Below, piece by piece: positions 33,820 to 45,295 of a DNA stretch of 64,000 nucleotides (positions are counted from its first letter, which is position 1; each line of letters opens with the position of its first letter). Below the pieces are notes generated by a model. The model was not told where the DNA came from, ran no database searches, and saw only the letters and a list, made by a program, of their open reading frames with translations. Source of the stretch: an uncultured Nitrososphaeraceae archaeon (lineage in GTDB: Archaea > Thermoproteota > Nitrososphaeria > Nitrososphaerales > Nitrososphaeraceae); the NCBI GenBank assembly GCA_963837175.1, contig CAWIMJ010000013.1, positions 29,000-92,999 on the forward strand, read 5' to 3'. The translations under genes were made by a program, and so were the position numbers.

Positions 33820-34833
33820 TCAATTATTAAAATTTACCCTATAAGTTGCCGGCCAACCCTTAAACGCTGTCTTTAAATGAATTCCATTCTTCCTAGCCCA
33901 CTCAATCGTGAGTTCTAATCCTTCTGTCATGCTAACTGTTGGGTGCCATCCAAGTAGTCGTGATGCTTTACTATAGTCGCAAACTAAAGTTTCTACATCA
34001 CTAGGTCTTATGCGCGAAGGATCTATTGTTATTGAAAAATCCTTAGAAAGGATTCCTGCAATTAATTCTACTAATTCTTTTATTGTGACTGCCCGCTCAC
34101 TGCCTAGATTTATTGTTTCACCAGTTATCCCCTCTGCAATTAAAGACATGATTATTCCACGTGCAGTATCAGAAACAAAAGTAAAATCACGCTTACTATT
34201 GATATTACCAAGCCTTACTTCTTTATTCCCATTTAGTAGCTGGCCTGTAACCTCTGGTATTATATATGGTTGAGTTATATTTGGACCGAATGAGTTGAAT
34301 GGTCTAATTATGACTGCAGGCAAATTATGTTCCTTATAGATAGTATAAATCACTCTTTCCGCTGCGAGTTTGCTAACAGAATATGTAGATTGAGGAATTA
34401 TCGGATGATTTTCATCCATCGGAGTATAGCGCGCACTACCATATACTTCACTTGAAGAAACATAAACAAACCTCTTTATTTTTGGTATTGCCGCTGATGC
34501 CAAATTGATTGTTCCATTGACATTGACGTCAAAAAAATCCTTTGGATAATAATATGAATCTGGGATAAAAGGTAGAGCAGCCAGATGTATTATGTATTCT
34601 TTGTTTTCTACCGCCGACTTTACGATAGCATCGTCAGTTAAATCACCTTTTATTAAATTTACATCGGCTAATCCTTTTATGTATACTTCGCTTCCTGATG
34701 ATAAATTGTCAAGCACAGTAACTCTTGCGCCTAGAGATGATAATTGTTTGGTTACCTCGGATCCAATAAAACCGCAACCTCCAGTTACTAATATTTCTCT
34801 TTTTTTTAATGTGTCAGCGATATTTTTTAACAA
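33820..34833 (-). CDS. NAD-dependent nucleotide-sugar epimerase/4,6-dehydratase
   Basis: TGGCGFIG, SSSEVYG, YSVSK, RPFNSFGP, RDFTFV. Confidence 0.9.
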   Translation of the reverse strand: MLKNIADTLKKREILVTGGCGFIGSEVTKQLSSLGARVTVLDNLSSGSEVYIKGLADVNLIKGDLTDDAIVKSAVENKEYIIHLAALPFIPDSYYYPKDFFDVNVNGTINLASAAIPKIKRFVYVSSSEVYGSARYTPMDENHPIIPQSTYSVSKLAAERVIYTIYKEHNLPAVIIRPFNSFGPNITQPYIIPEVTGQLLNGNKEVRLGNINSKRDFTFVSDTARGIIMSLIAEGITGETINLGSERAVTIKELVELIAGILSKDFSITIDPSRIRPSDVETLVCDYSKASRLLGWHPTVSMTEGLELTIEWARKNGIHLKTAFKGWPATYRVNFNN

Positions 34834-35085
34834 CTCTTGCTATTAAACTATTTTAAGATTATAAATTTTTCGTCTTGAGATTACTAACTAATATATCCTT
34901 TAATTGAAAATATTGAAAATACGTATTTAAATCCTGAAGAATTTAATTCTAAATATTATTAGATTGAACAACTTATGATCAAAATATATACATATATACA
35001 CAAACACATATGAATACCACTACAGCGTATACATTAGTATTTTTGCAATTGAATTAAATAGAGAAAAATATAAAATTAGATACAA

Positions 35086-36571
35086 GTGAGCGTCGGCAAG
35101 AACATTTGGTATACTTCAATTAGCACATTAATACCTTCTACCTTTGCATATCTTTTTTGGTTTGTAACAGCAAAGATGTATGGTGCGGAGACGATTGGTG
35201 TTGCTTCTACCATAGCCTCATTAGTTATAATTATAGCGACAATTAATGTTTTGGACATGCATCTAGGGATGAAGCGTTCGTTGGGAATTGCGATCTCTTC
35301 TGGAGATATTGGAAGGTTCAAACAAATTCTCACTTCGACAGTTGTATTTGTATCTATAATAGTTATAATTAGCACGGTTCTCATAGTAATACCAAACCTG
35401 AAAATACTTGAGATGCTGAGGATTGATCGCCAATATACTTGGATATTAATTGCAATGATTCTTGCCCAGGCATTCCAGTATATCTTTATAGAAGCTCTGA
35501 TCTCGGCTCTTAGATCCAAGAACCTTGTAATGCCACTTCTGTTAGGCTCATTGAGTAGGTTTCCTATATTATTTGGTGTTGCCTACCTGTTTAATACATC
35601 CACTATGGAAACTATAATTGCTTTTTCCTCGACTGTATTCATATCAACTGCTTTCTTCGCTATCTATTCAATCAAAATCTTTCGTGGAAGCCAAGTTAGA
35701 GCAACAGAAAACCTCTGCTCAAACATTATGCATATTCTTCGTGTATCTGTATCCAGCTGGATTCCAAATATTTTATATATATTTGGATACCTGTTTGGTA
35801 TTATAACTGTATTCTCAGTTGTAGGAGGCAGCAGAGGGAGGTAAGCTTTACATAGTCATGGGGACATTCATAATTATTCTTTTTATAGTAAACAGCATCA
35901 ATAAAGTAACACATTCTTTGGTCGCAGGTTTAAATAATAACGAACAACAAACGACCTATCTTTCCTACTCTATGAAGGTTGCATTCATATTTACTATGCC
36001 ACTCGCAATGCCATTGCTGTTCTTTGCCAACAATTTTCTTGGGTTAGTGAATAAAGAATTCAGTTCTGCAGCTAGCGCTATGTCTATTTTCATGATTAGT
36101 CTACCGATTGTGATTATTTCCGAAATGGTGTATTATTTTGTATACGGAAGAGGAGATCAAAAATCTGTTTTGTTTCTCGGCCTTACGGGTAACATCCCAA
36201 GGGTTGTCCTATATTTTTTTCTTTCTCCTATTCTAGGTATTAATGGCGCCGCTCTAGCGTTCTTGGTTGGGTCGGTTACCCAATTTGTATTATCCGTTAA
36301 GGTGGGAAATAAGCACTCAATATCTATGCAATTTAGAAAATATATTATTTTAACTACAATCCCGTTAACGATAGGATTTCTTACATGGCTGGCAAATATA
36401 AATTTTGTAATATCTACAATCATTATTTTTATAGGTTCATTTCTATTATACATTAGGCTACACATGTTTACTGATACAGAATTGCATAATCTTATTTATG
36501 CAGGACTCCCAGCGAGCCAGGCCAACAAGGTCTATCCAATAGCGTCAAAGGTAATGCAGAAAATTAAGTAG
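35086..36571 (+). pseudogene. Oligosaccharide flippase (Wzx/MOP family), split by one frameshift near 35828
   Basis: Two collinear multi-TM ORFs (35086..35844 and 35858..36571); removing one G restores GAAEGGKLYIVM. Confidence 0.75.
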
Positions 36572-37427
36572 AATTCTATGATGAAGGATCAGTATAATAT
36601 AATAAAGAACCTATCCATAAAATGCAATAAAATAAACTATAGAATAACCAGAAAGTAATCGCATTTAAGAGGGATGATCATCCTCGCCGAGTTCCAATTA
36701 GTGGCAGAATATGCACATTCTGTTGTCTTTAGAGTATATTTTAATCAAAACCAACAATGTCTATTATTGTCTTTCTCCTTCCATTGTCGACCAAACTTAT
36801 AAAGTATATGTGCTTTAGGCAAAGTCAACCACTCCTGTCATATATTACATATGTGTATTTCTTTAGCAAATTGCTTCGGAGCGTATCAAAAATTTCCAAC
36901 TTGCTTTGCAGTACTTTGCAGGCTTTATTAACATTAAGGCCTTCTAGCCTTCCAACTCATTTCATGCGATTACATATTTAAAATTAGATCTTTATTTAGC
37001 CAAAGAATCTCGATACCTTTACCGCCTGTTCATATCTTGATAGTCTAGACGCTCCAGAAGTATGAAGCATACCTGTTATTTTTTATCTATAATCTCTTTT
37101 AGCATACTAGTCAGGTTCAAGGTATATGTCGGTGATGTATATTGATCCATAATAACCCTAACCCTTTCTCTATTTTTCTGTAATCGAGAGATAGACTCTT
37201 TTTCTTTTTATGACTCCCAACTACTGTGCTGACTCTTGCGATATACCAGTTCTCTTTAGAGTTTTAAGGATTATCTCATTTTCACCTTGATGCTTGTTAT
37301 TCCATACCAGTTGACTGGATTAGTCTGGCCTTCTTCCATATGGTTTTTTATTCATTTCCATTGAATATCTAGTCAGTGGATATATGAAGGAGATATGCCT
37401 TATTCCCGTAAGCATATCTTGATATCG

Positions 37428-37497
37428 CAGATAATAGATCTCGGTTAAGGCGTCTAGCGAGGTCGCGATCGAGTATAACTTCTCCCCACCCCGCGTC
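37428..37497 (+). other. tRNA-like relic lacking an anticodon arm
   Basis: AGATCTCGGTTAAGGCG (D-arm-like), GAGGTC (variable loop), GATCGA (T-loop-like), CCCCACCCCGCG (acceptor 3' side). Confidence 0.4.
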
Positions 37498-38069
37498 TTA
37501 CTATTGATTCATTATACGAAGACCAGTTAACTATGTAGTATGCATCGTCTCATTATAGGTTAGCTAATGCAGATTGGTCAACTAAACCAATATAGTAATG
37601 ATTTATGCAACAAGATATCCTTTAGCATAACAATATAAATTGTAATTTTTGAACATTGTACAAAATAACAAAAATCGGACTTTCTTGACAGTATAATCTT
37701 GTAAAAGGTTTAATATATAACTATTTCTATCAGAAAAAGAGAACAATATCAATAGGATTGCAATATATCCTAGCCGCTGTTTTATTGATCCAAGTGTCAC
37801 TTTATAGAAAAATCAATTCATTTGGATATTATTACAAAAGATTTACAGATATAAGATCGGTATGGAGGAAGTATTCTTAAATGTCATCATACGCTAAAGA
37901 TGTAAAACAAAACATCGAGGCAAGTACCGATTCAATTATAGTATTTTTGGAATTTCATAGTGCGGAGAATGTAGCCTTTTTTAAGGCAATATTACTTGTT
38001 AATTATTGTATATATATATTTTTTATATTACATACATATACTCATTGTCTTTGTTTATGTGCTAATATA

Positions 38070-39437
38070 CTAAGGATCAATAGATTTGTGAATCCGATTC
38101 ATTGTTGTTGGAAGGTGAATGGCTTCACTATTAATATCTCTGACAGCTTCTGCAAATGACTCTGGAAGAGTGGGATGAGCATGTATAGTATCGAATATGT
38201 CTTTAAGACTTAATTTCATTTTGATTGCTAGTGCTGCCTCCCCTATTATTTCACCTGCATGCGGTGCAACGATATAAGTTCCGACAAGTCTTCCTTCCTT
38301 CTCAAAGACCTTAATAAGCCCCCTTGTATCTCCCAAACAATTTGCCTTTGCGCTTGCTGCAAGTGAAAATTCTCCAGATCTTCCATTTAAGTCCCCTACG
38401 AATGCAACTTCTGGATGAGTGAATACGCATACAGGTAAGGATAGATAGTCAATGCTGTTGTTGTAATCATCATAATTATTTTTTATTCCCATTATATTTT
38501 CAGCAGCAATCTCACCTTGCTTTGAGGCAACATGTGCAAGTTCATACATGCCAGTTACATCACCAATTGCATATACATTGTGAACGTTAGTTCGCATTTT
38601 TTTATCTACGCTAATACCTTGTTGTTGGTCGAATTTTATACCAATATTATTTAGTTCATTAGGATTTATATTTGGTCTTCTCCCTATACAAATAAGTATC
38701 TTTTCTGCAAGAAGTTTTTCTCCATTAACAAAAGCTACGTTATCAATGATTTTTTCTACCCTTGATTTTGTCATTACATTGACACCATCAAGAGTCATAT
38801 ACTTCCCAACTGTATTTCCAATTTCTTGTATTTGAAAAGGCATTAGATGATCTTCAGCCTCAATCAAAGATACTTTGCATCCTAAAGCATTCAAAATAGA
38901 AGCAAATTCACATCCACTATACCCACCTCCAATAATAGTAATCGACTTGGGTAAGTCTTCTAATTCTAGAATCGAAGTAGTTGATAGTATATTTTCTCCA
39001 AATTCGTAACCTTGCAAACAAACAGGATAGCTTCCTGTAGCGATAACAATATTTTTTGTTTCTATCATGATGTCATTGAGTTCCACTTTATTTGCTGAAA
39101 CAATATGTGCTTCACCTTTCAGTAGATTCACCCCATTACTTTCTAGAAGAAGCTTTATTCCTGAAGCAAGTCTGGAAACTGTGGCCTCCATTTTGGACTT
39201 TAAAAGTTTATAATTCAATTCAATGTGGATATTTAACCCATTCTTCTTTGCACGAGTTGCTCTTTTCATTGTATCTCCTAAAGAGTGAAGATACTTAGTA
39301 GGAATACATCCCCTTTGAGTGCAAGTTCCACCTAATCCATTCTTTTCAATTAGGCAAACGTTGCCACCAAGTTGTGCTGCTCTAATAGCACAAACATAAC
39401 CGCCAGGACCTCCCCCTATGACTATTGTATCATACAA
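38070..39437 (-). CDS. lpdA: Dihydrolipoyl dehydrogenase (GCS L protein)
   Basis: VIGGGPGGY, redox CTQRGC, IIGGGYSG, AIGD, HAHPTLPE; probable TTG start at 39437. Confidence 0.92.
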   Translation of the reverse strand: MYDTIVIGGGPGGYVCAIRAAQLGGNVCLIEKNGLGGTCTQRGCIPTKYLHSLGDTMKRATRAKKNGLNIHIELNYKLLKSKMEATVSRLASGIKLLLESNGVNLLKGEAHIVSANKVELNDIMIETKNIVIATGSYPVCLQGYEFGENILSTTSILELEDLPKSITIIGGGYSGCEFASILNALGCKVSLIEAEDHLMPFQIQEIGNTVGKYMTLDGVNVMTKSRVEKIIDNVAFVNGEKLLAEKILICIGRRPNINPNELNNIGIKFDQQQGISVDKKMRTNVHNVYAIGDVTGMYELAHVASKQGEIAAENIMGIKNNYDDYNNSIDYLSLPVCVFTHPEVAFVGDLNGRSGEFSLAASAKANCLGDTRGLIKVFEKEGRLVGTYIVAPHAGEIIGEAALAIKMKLSLKDIFDTIHAHPTLPESFAEAVRDINSEAIHLPTTMNRIHKSIDP

Positions 39438-39495
39438 TATACTGTCTCTGCCGTAACTTCCAAATACTTGGCAATAAGTCTTTGAATTAATTAAT

Positions 39496-40290
39496 TTACT
39501 TTCTCCAATTCCATTGATTTGATATATATTTCTCACTGGCCAACTTCTTTGCATTTTCCTTTTCTTCTGTGGTTAGATTATCAACAATACTCTCAGCATC
39601 AAATTTTTCACAGAAAGACTCTTTTAGATTGTATGCAACCTGTTCAAATGTCTTATTCAATCCCATCACCCTTGCTTTTACGTCATTTATCATCTTGTCC
39701 TTGATTTTTTCAGATGGAACTTTCAACACAGAAAACATCTTCTCGACATTAACATCTAATAATATTGTTCCATGCTGCAGTAGTGTATTTTTCTTCCTAG
39801 TTTGAGCATTTCCAGATACTTTCTTGTTATTGATTATTATGTCATTCAGAGGAACAAATTTTGCTATAAATCCAAGCTTATTTATACACATTACTACTGG
39901 ATCACATATTAAATTATATGACTCCCTGATGCTTTTTGGATAAATCTTTGTAATGAATGAATAAGTCAATTCAGATTCATGCAATACTGCTCCTCCTCCT
40001 GTTATTCTTCTGACAATATCAATACCTATTTGCTTGCACTTTTTTACATCTACTTCTTCATCCATGCTCTGGAAGTACCCTATTGACACAGCTGCTGGTT
40101 GCCAGCCATAAAGTCTTAAAATTGGCATATCATGATTTACATAATTCATTAATATCTCGTCAAGAGCCATATTCCATGGTCCTGAATTATATCCAGTCTC
40201 TAAAATTCTGATTTTACTAAACTTGAAACTCATTGTTTCTTTTTTCTTCCTTCTTCTTCTTGTTGCTATTTTTGTTCTTGCTTTAAACAT
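39496..40290 (-). CDS. lplA: Lipoate-protein ligase, catalytic subunit (probable start at 40233)
   Basis: NMALDE, LRLYGW, SIGYFQ, VRRITGGGAV, NDI..KKVSGNAQ, LQHGT. Confidence 0.92.
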   Translation of the reverse strand: MFKARTKIATRRRRKKKETMSFKFSKIRILETGYNSGPWNMALDEILMNYVNHDMPILRLYGWQPAAVSIGYFQSMDEEVDVKKCKQIGIDIVRRITGGGAVLHESELTYSFITKIYPKSIRESYNLICDPVVMCINKLGFIAKFVPLNDIIINNKKVSGNAQTRKKNTLLQHGTILLDVNVEKMFSVLKVPSEKIKDKMINDVKARVMGLNKTFEQVAYNLKESFCEKFDAESIVDNLTTEEKENAKKLASEKYISNQWNWRK

Positions 40291-40553
40291 CCAAGAATTG
40301 CATCTGTCATAGATATTGAATCAAAACCAAATGCTTCAGAGTAATTCAAGCATTTCTCGATCTTTTGCTTAACAGAATCTTTTTCTAATTTTGTGCCAAT
40401 TAGATTGACTTCAAGTCCATCCAAACTTTCTTCTGGATAAAGAAAAAAATCTCCAGTTATCTTTATTGAATTAATTATATTACTACGCTCATCATATTCA
40501 AGAAAAATTTTGATCAATTTTTCTGATTTGTATATATTATGTAGCATTCTCAT
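40266..40553 (-). CDS. Lipoate-protein ligase accessory subunit (LplB-like, stand-alone C-terminal domain)
   Basis: KLIKI....I.SIKITGDFFLYPEE..LE..L.G pattern; directly upstream of lplA. Confidence 0.85.
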   Translation of the reverse strand: MRMLHNIYKSEKLIKIFLEYDERSNIINSIKITGDFFLYPEESLDGLEVNLIGTKLEKDSVKQKIEKCLNYSEAFGFDSISMTDAILGCLKQEQK

Positions 40554-40588
40554 TGATCATTACTGGTGTTACTATCACTCACAGATTT

Positions 40589-42079
40589 TTAATAAGTAAA
40601 TCTTCTCCGCCACCTGTCTTTTTTTTCATCTGATTGTGAAGGTATGGTCCATCTTAAATTCGGTTTTCGTGCTGCAGCAACCTCATCCAACCTGCCAACT
40701 GATTTTGTATATGGGGATCCTTTGACAATATCTGGGTTTTCTTTTATCTCTTTTGCTATACTTCTTAATGCTGACGCAAATCTATCCAAGGTTTCTTTGC
40801 TTTCTGTTTCGGTAGGCTCAATCATTAACGCTTCGCGAACAATAAGAGGAAAGTAGATGGTTGGTGGATGAAAGCCATAGTCCAAAAGTCTTTTCGCTAT
40901 ATTCAAAGCGCTCTTTTCGCCAAATTTCTTAGAAGATAAGACAAATTCATGAGCACATCTACGATTATAGGGAAGTTCGTAATCCTCCTTTAATAAACTG
41001 AGAAGGTAATTGGCATTCAATATCGCGTTCTCAGATACCTTTCTTATATTTGTACCCAATGATTTGATATAACAATAAGCTCTGACCAGCATACCGAAAT
41101 TTCCATAACAATATCTTACCCTTCCTACAGATTTTCGTTTTGTGTAATCTAGCGAGAACTTGCTGTCGTGTTTTACTATTGCTACTACTCGTGGTAATGG
41201 CAAATAATCTGACAAAAATGACTTTACTCCAAGAGTTCCTGAGCCAGGGCCTCCACCACCATGTGGAGTTGAAAAGGTCTTATGTAAGTTCAAGTGAATC
41301 ATATCAAATCCTTGATCGCTTGGCCTGGTTATCCCCAGTAATGCATTCATGTTTGCTCCATCACAATACATCAACGTCCCATTGGTATGTGCAAGATCAC
41401 TAATCTCTAGAATGTTTTCTTCAAAAAGTCCAAGAGTATTAGGATTTGTTAACATAACAAGAGCTACATCATCTTTAAGTGATTCTTTGAATTTATAAAT
41501 GTCCATATTGCCACGTGAATTGGAGGGAATAGTTATAGTTTCAAACTTACACATGGCTGCAGTTGCAGGATTTGTGCCATGAGCAGAATCAGGAATCATT
41601 ATCTTTGTTCTTTTTTCATTCTTCTGTTTATAGTACGCCTTTGTTATCATAACTCCTAAAAGTTCGCCTTGTGCTCCAGCTGCAGGTTGCAATGAAAAAG
41701 CATCCATACCTGTAATTTTCTTTAAGTCTTGCTCCAATTCCCACATCAATTGCAATGATCCTTGAATACAACTTTCATTAGAAAGAGGATGTAGATCTTT
41801 AAATCCATCCAATCTTGCAACATCTTCGTTTATCTTCGGATTATACTTCATTGTACAGGAACCTAATGGATAAAATCCAAGGTCAACACCAAAATTCATT
41901 CTTGATATGTTAGTGTAATGTCTGACAACATTGATCTCACTTACATTTGGAAGAGGAAGTTCTTTTCGAATTAGATCTTTTGGTAATCCAACTAGAACAT
42001 CTCCTACTCGTTCTTCTTTATCACTGATCTCAGGTACATGTCCTGTAGCATGTTCTTCGTATTCGAATATTAGCTTCAT
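40589..42079 (-). CDS. gcvPB: Glycine dehydrogenase (decarboxylating) subunit 2
   Basis: YPLGSCTMKYNP, LQPAAGAQGE, SAHGTNPA, PLP lysine in LNLHKTFSTPHGGGGPG, MIEPTETE. Confidence 0.96.
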   Translation of the reverse strand: MKLIFEYEEHATGHVPEISDKEERVGDVLVGLPKDLIRKELPLPNVSEINVVRHYTNISRMNFGVDLGFYPLGSCTMKYNPKINEDVARLDGFKDLHPLSNESCIQGSLQLMWELEQDLKKITGMDAFSLQPAAGAQGELLGVMITKAYYKQKNEKRTKIMIPDSAHGTNPATAAMCKFETITIPSNSRGNMDIYKFKESLKDDVALVMLTNPNTLGLFEENILEISDLAHTNGTLMYCDGANMNALLGITRPSDQGFDMIHLNLHKTFSTPHGGGGPGSGTLGVKSFLSDYLPLPRVVAIVKHDSKFSLDYTKRKSVGRVRYCYGNFGMLVRAYCYIKSLGTNIRKVSENAILNANYLLSLLKEDYELPYNRRCAHEFVLSSKKFGEKSALNIAKRLLDYGFHPPTIYFPLIVREALMIEPTETESKETLDRFASALRSIAKEIKENPDIVKGSPYTKSVGRLDEVAAARKPNLRWTIPSQSDEKKDRWRRRFTY

Positions 42080-43380
42080 TTTATTATTGTTGTCTCCTTT
42101 ATTGCCGAAACAAAAGATTCTATGTCTTGAACTGTATTCATTTCAGTACAACAAATTAACATTTTATCTTCTCCTAAATCAAGACCACCAAGAATCCCAT
42201 TTTTGAACAAGTTTGAAAAAATCTTTTTAGAAGTTCCTACAGGTGCCCTCATAATGAACTCATTGTAAAATGGTTTTTTGTTTAAAGCTTTGAAGCCAAT
42301 ACTCTCCAATTTATAGTGCAATAAGTGTGCTCTACTGTAAGAAAGTTTTGCAACATTAATTAGTCCGCTTCTACCCATAAGTGCCAAATAAATAGTCGAG
42401 GCTACGGCCATTAGTGCTACATTAGTTGTTATATTGCTTGTAGCTCTTTCTCTTCTTATATGTTGTTCGCGCGCCTGAAACGTTAGTACAAAGCCTTTAT
42501 TCCCTTTGGAATCTGTAGTCATACCACAAATTCTTCCTGGAATTTTCTTTAATAAAAAATCCTTTACTCCCATGAATCCAAGATATGGGCCTCCAAAGTT
42601 CACAGGAATACCAAAGGATTGTCCTTCGCCTACTACTATATCGGCACCATAATTTCCAGGTGGTTCTAGTATTGCAAGGGAGGTAGGCTCGACAACACAA
42701 ACAATAAAGAGCGCACCTACTTTATGTGCCTGTTCGGATAAATACTGTAAATTCTCAATGTTTCCGTAGAAATCGGGGTTCTGAGCAACTACACATGCTG
42801 TGTTCTCATCGATCTCATTTATTATCTGGAGATCTGCTCCTTCACAATACGTTTTCAAAACTTCAAAATATTGAGGATTAAGTCCTTCATTAATAAAAAT
42901 GCAATTCCTTCCATTATAAGATGAAGAGAGCAAGACTGCTTCTGCCAAGGCTGAAGAACCTTCATACATAGAAGCATTAGCTACGTCCATACCAGTAAGA
43001 AGACATATGAATGATTGGAATTCGTACATGGCATGCAGGGTTCCTTGACTCATTTCTGCTTGATAAGGTGTATATCCTGTAAGGAATTCTCCTCTCAGTA
43101 GCAAATGGTTTACTGCAGATGGGATATAATGATTGTAAGCTCCAGCCCCAATAAAGTATTTCATGATCTTATTCTTTTGAGATAAATTCTTCATATGTCT
43201 CACCAATTCAAGCTCACTCATAGACTCATACAGATCCAGTTTTTCAAGAGGAGGCTTCAAATCTGTGATTAAATCATTTATCGAGCTGACTCCAATTTGC
43301 TTTAACATTTTTTCTCTATCGTTATCAGTTATGGGTATGTAATCCATGATATAATATGCAGTTACATGTCGCCTGTTCAT
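42076..43380 (-). CDS. gcvPA: Glycine dehydrogenase (decarboxylating) subunit 1 (probable start at 43347)
   Basis: FIGAGAY, YTPYQAEMSQG, NASMYEG, FGGPYLG, REQHIRRERATSNI. Confidence 0.96.
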   Translation of the reverse strand: MNRRHVTAYYIMDYIPITDNDREKMLKQIGVSSINDLITDLKPPLEKLDLYESMSELELVRHMKNLSQKNKIMKYFIGAGAYNHYIPSAVNHLLLRGEFLTGYTPYQAEMSQGTLHAMYEFQSFICLLTGMDVANASMYEGSSALAEAVLLSSSYNGRNCIFINEGLNPQYFEVLKTYCEGADLQIINEIDENTACVVAQNPDFYGNIENLQYLSEQAHKVGALFIVCVVEPTSLAILEPPGNYGADIVVGEGQSFGIPVNFGGPYLGFMGVKDFLLKKIPGRICGMTTDSKGNKGFVLTFQAREQHIRRERATSNITTNVALMAVASTIYLALMGRSGLINVAKLSYSRAHLLHYKLESIGFKALNKKPFYNEFIMRAPVGTSKKIFSNLFKNGILGGLDLGEDKMLICCTEMNTVQDIESFVSAIKETTIIK

Positions 43381-43412
43381 ATATAATATATAATAGTTGC
43401 TACTCCTATAAC

Positions 43413-44094
43413 GGGGTTGTTAACTTAAGCAATCACCTCTGTTGTAATAACTAAACAAAAAGATTAAATCAATTTTTAACATGATTTAATTTACATTTAC
43501 TTTTAGTACATGGAAAGTAATCATCAAACATTTTATTCTGTCTTTTACGTACTGAATTGTTCGGTCAATTATACTCTTCTCATCATAAGATGAATGTAAA
43601 TGATTTTTTATGATCATTAATTTACAAACATTTGGATACCATGTACCACCATATCAGTTGAGATTTGATGTTTTTCATATTCTTTAACTAAAGAATGTAA
43701 AAACTTCTCGGCAACAAATATGTTCCTTTCTGCTGCTAAAAGATAAACATCAAGAATTAATTTGTTGACAGGTTCAATTGCAATCCAAATCCAGAAATAC
43801 TCTTTACCTACTTTAATTTGAGTTTCATCAACTATAAATCCAGAGATTTTTCTTCTTTTACAAAACATTTTTTCTGGTCTGTATTTCTGTATCCATTTCC
43901 AGATAGCAATATGACTTCTTTTTTTAAATTTGAATGATAATGCTTTTGCTGTATTACATATGAAAGACCAAGAAAATATAGATATAAACCATAACCAATA
44001 ACCTTCGCAGATGTTCTAGTTCTTTTCGTAAGTATCAATACAAGAAATAGAGAGTATCTGAAATTATAACTTTTATTCTTAAGTTAACAGAGCC
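43413..44094 (-). mobile_element. IS6-family element, degraded
   Basis: TIRs GGGGTTGTTAACTTAAG / CTTAAGTTAACAGAGCC; flanks CCTATAAC / ACTGTAAC (6 of 8 match); VDETQIKVG..WIWIAIEP fragments. Confidence 0.88.
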
Positions 44095-44283
44095 ACTGTA
44101 ACAGTTAAAGAAGAAAGATATATATTTGCATTTGATAGAAGATATGAACTACTACATTAGATCTTTCTCGTGAGTATTCTAAATTACTTAACAAGGTATC
44201 AAAGGATAATGACTTAACTATAGCGAGTTATATAATATCAATGGGAATAGAGATCAACCTATCAGATAATTACAGGAAGAATA

Positions 44284-45295
44284 TGCTTTGTTGCACAACT
44301 CATTTAGATAATCATTCATCTATCTTCCAATACTAATTGATAATTATGTAATGGCTATACTCTGAAACCAGTTATACAATGATACTTTCAGCATTATCTC
44401 TTTTATCATGTTTTCAAATCTAATAGCAGTAACATATTCTCCAAACATTCTCTTAATACAGGAAAAGATAGTTTCTACAATCCATCTCTTGCCATAGATG
44501 ACGCTATCCTTCCATTGTTGTAGATCGGTTTTCTGTGATTGTACAGGCTTGTTTCTGAGATAGTGATTTGTTTTTCTGTATATGGAATTCTTTCGTACCT
44601 TTATTGCTGGTCTGATTCCTTTAAATGATAATAGTTGGAAATTCCTGTTACTGTCATATGAACCATCAGCAATAACAGATTCTACTGTCTTATTTTGATT
44701 TATTGTTATATCATCTATCAATTCTGACAGTACTTTACCATCATGTACTTGTTCGCTGGTTACATCTAATGATATTATTTTCTTCTTTTTGATATCAACT
44801 GCTACATGTATCTTTAGGTATCCTCTCTTTACATTCCACTTATGTCTAATCCATTCACCTCTATTTGTTACCTTGATACCAGTCGAATCAACTGCAATTA
44901 CAAAATAATCATCATTGTTGTTATTGTTTTTGCTGTTTATGTTGATATCCAATCTGTTTATTCTTCTGTTAATGTTACTATAATAATCAGGAATGGATGG
45001 TAATGTACTTGAAGCGCGTTCTCGTACTACACCTTCAGTTTGTCTATAAGGTAGATGAAAGTACACCCTCATGTAGCCAAGTAATTCGATAAATGAATCT
45101 GGATAAACAAATTTTCTACCTTTCTTATCTTTGTTCATCTCATCTAATTCGATATGCCAATTATCAATAACATCAAAATCAAGTAATACCTCACCACGTT
45201 TAACAAGAGATTCGTTGTAATTTCTCCAGTTCATATAAGATGACTATTATCGGTTAGCTAAATGTGTTTATAGCAATGAGTTGTGCAACAAAGCA
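44284..45295 (-). mobile_element. IS5-family (IS903-like) insertion sequence, apparently intact
   Basis: Perfect TIRs TGCTTTGTTGCACAACTCATT / AATGAGTTGTGCAACAAAGCA; GAAGAATA duplicated on both sides. Confidence 0.95.
44344..45234 (-). CDS. IS5-family DDE transposase
   Basis: NWRNYNESLVKRGE, LPYRQTEG, AVDSTGIK, KIHVAVD, ADGSYD, Y..RWIVETIFS.IK. Confidence 0.95.
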   Translation of the reverse strand: MNWRNYNESLVKRGEVLLDFDVIDNWHIELDEMNKDKKGRKFVYPDSFIELLGYMRVYFHLPYRQTEGVVRERASSTLPSIPDYYSNINRRINRLDININSKNNNNNDDYFVIAVDSTGIKVTNRGEWIRHKWNVKRGYLKIHVAVDIKKKKIISLDVTSEQVHDGKVLSELIDDITINQNKTVESVIADGSYDSNRNFQLLSFKGIRPAIKVRKNSIYRKTNHYLRNKPVQSQKTDLQQWKDSVIYGKRWIVETIFSCIKRMFGEYVTAIRFENMIKEIMLKVSLYNWFQSIAIT

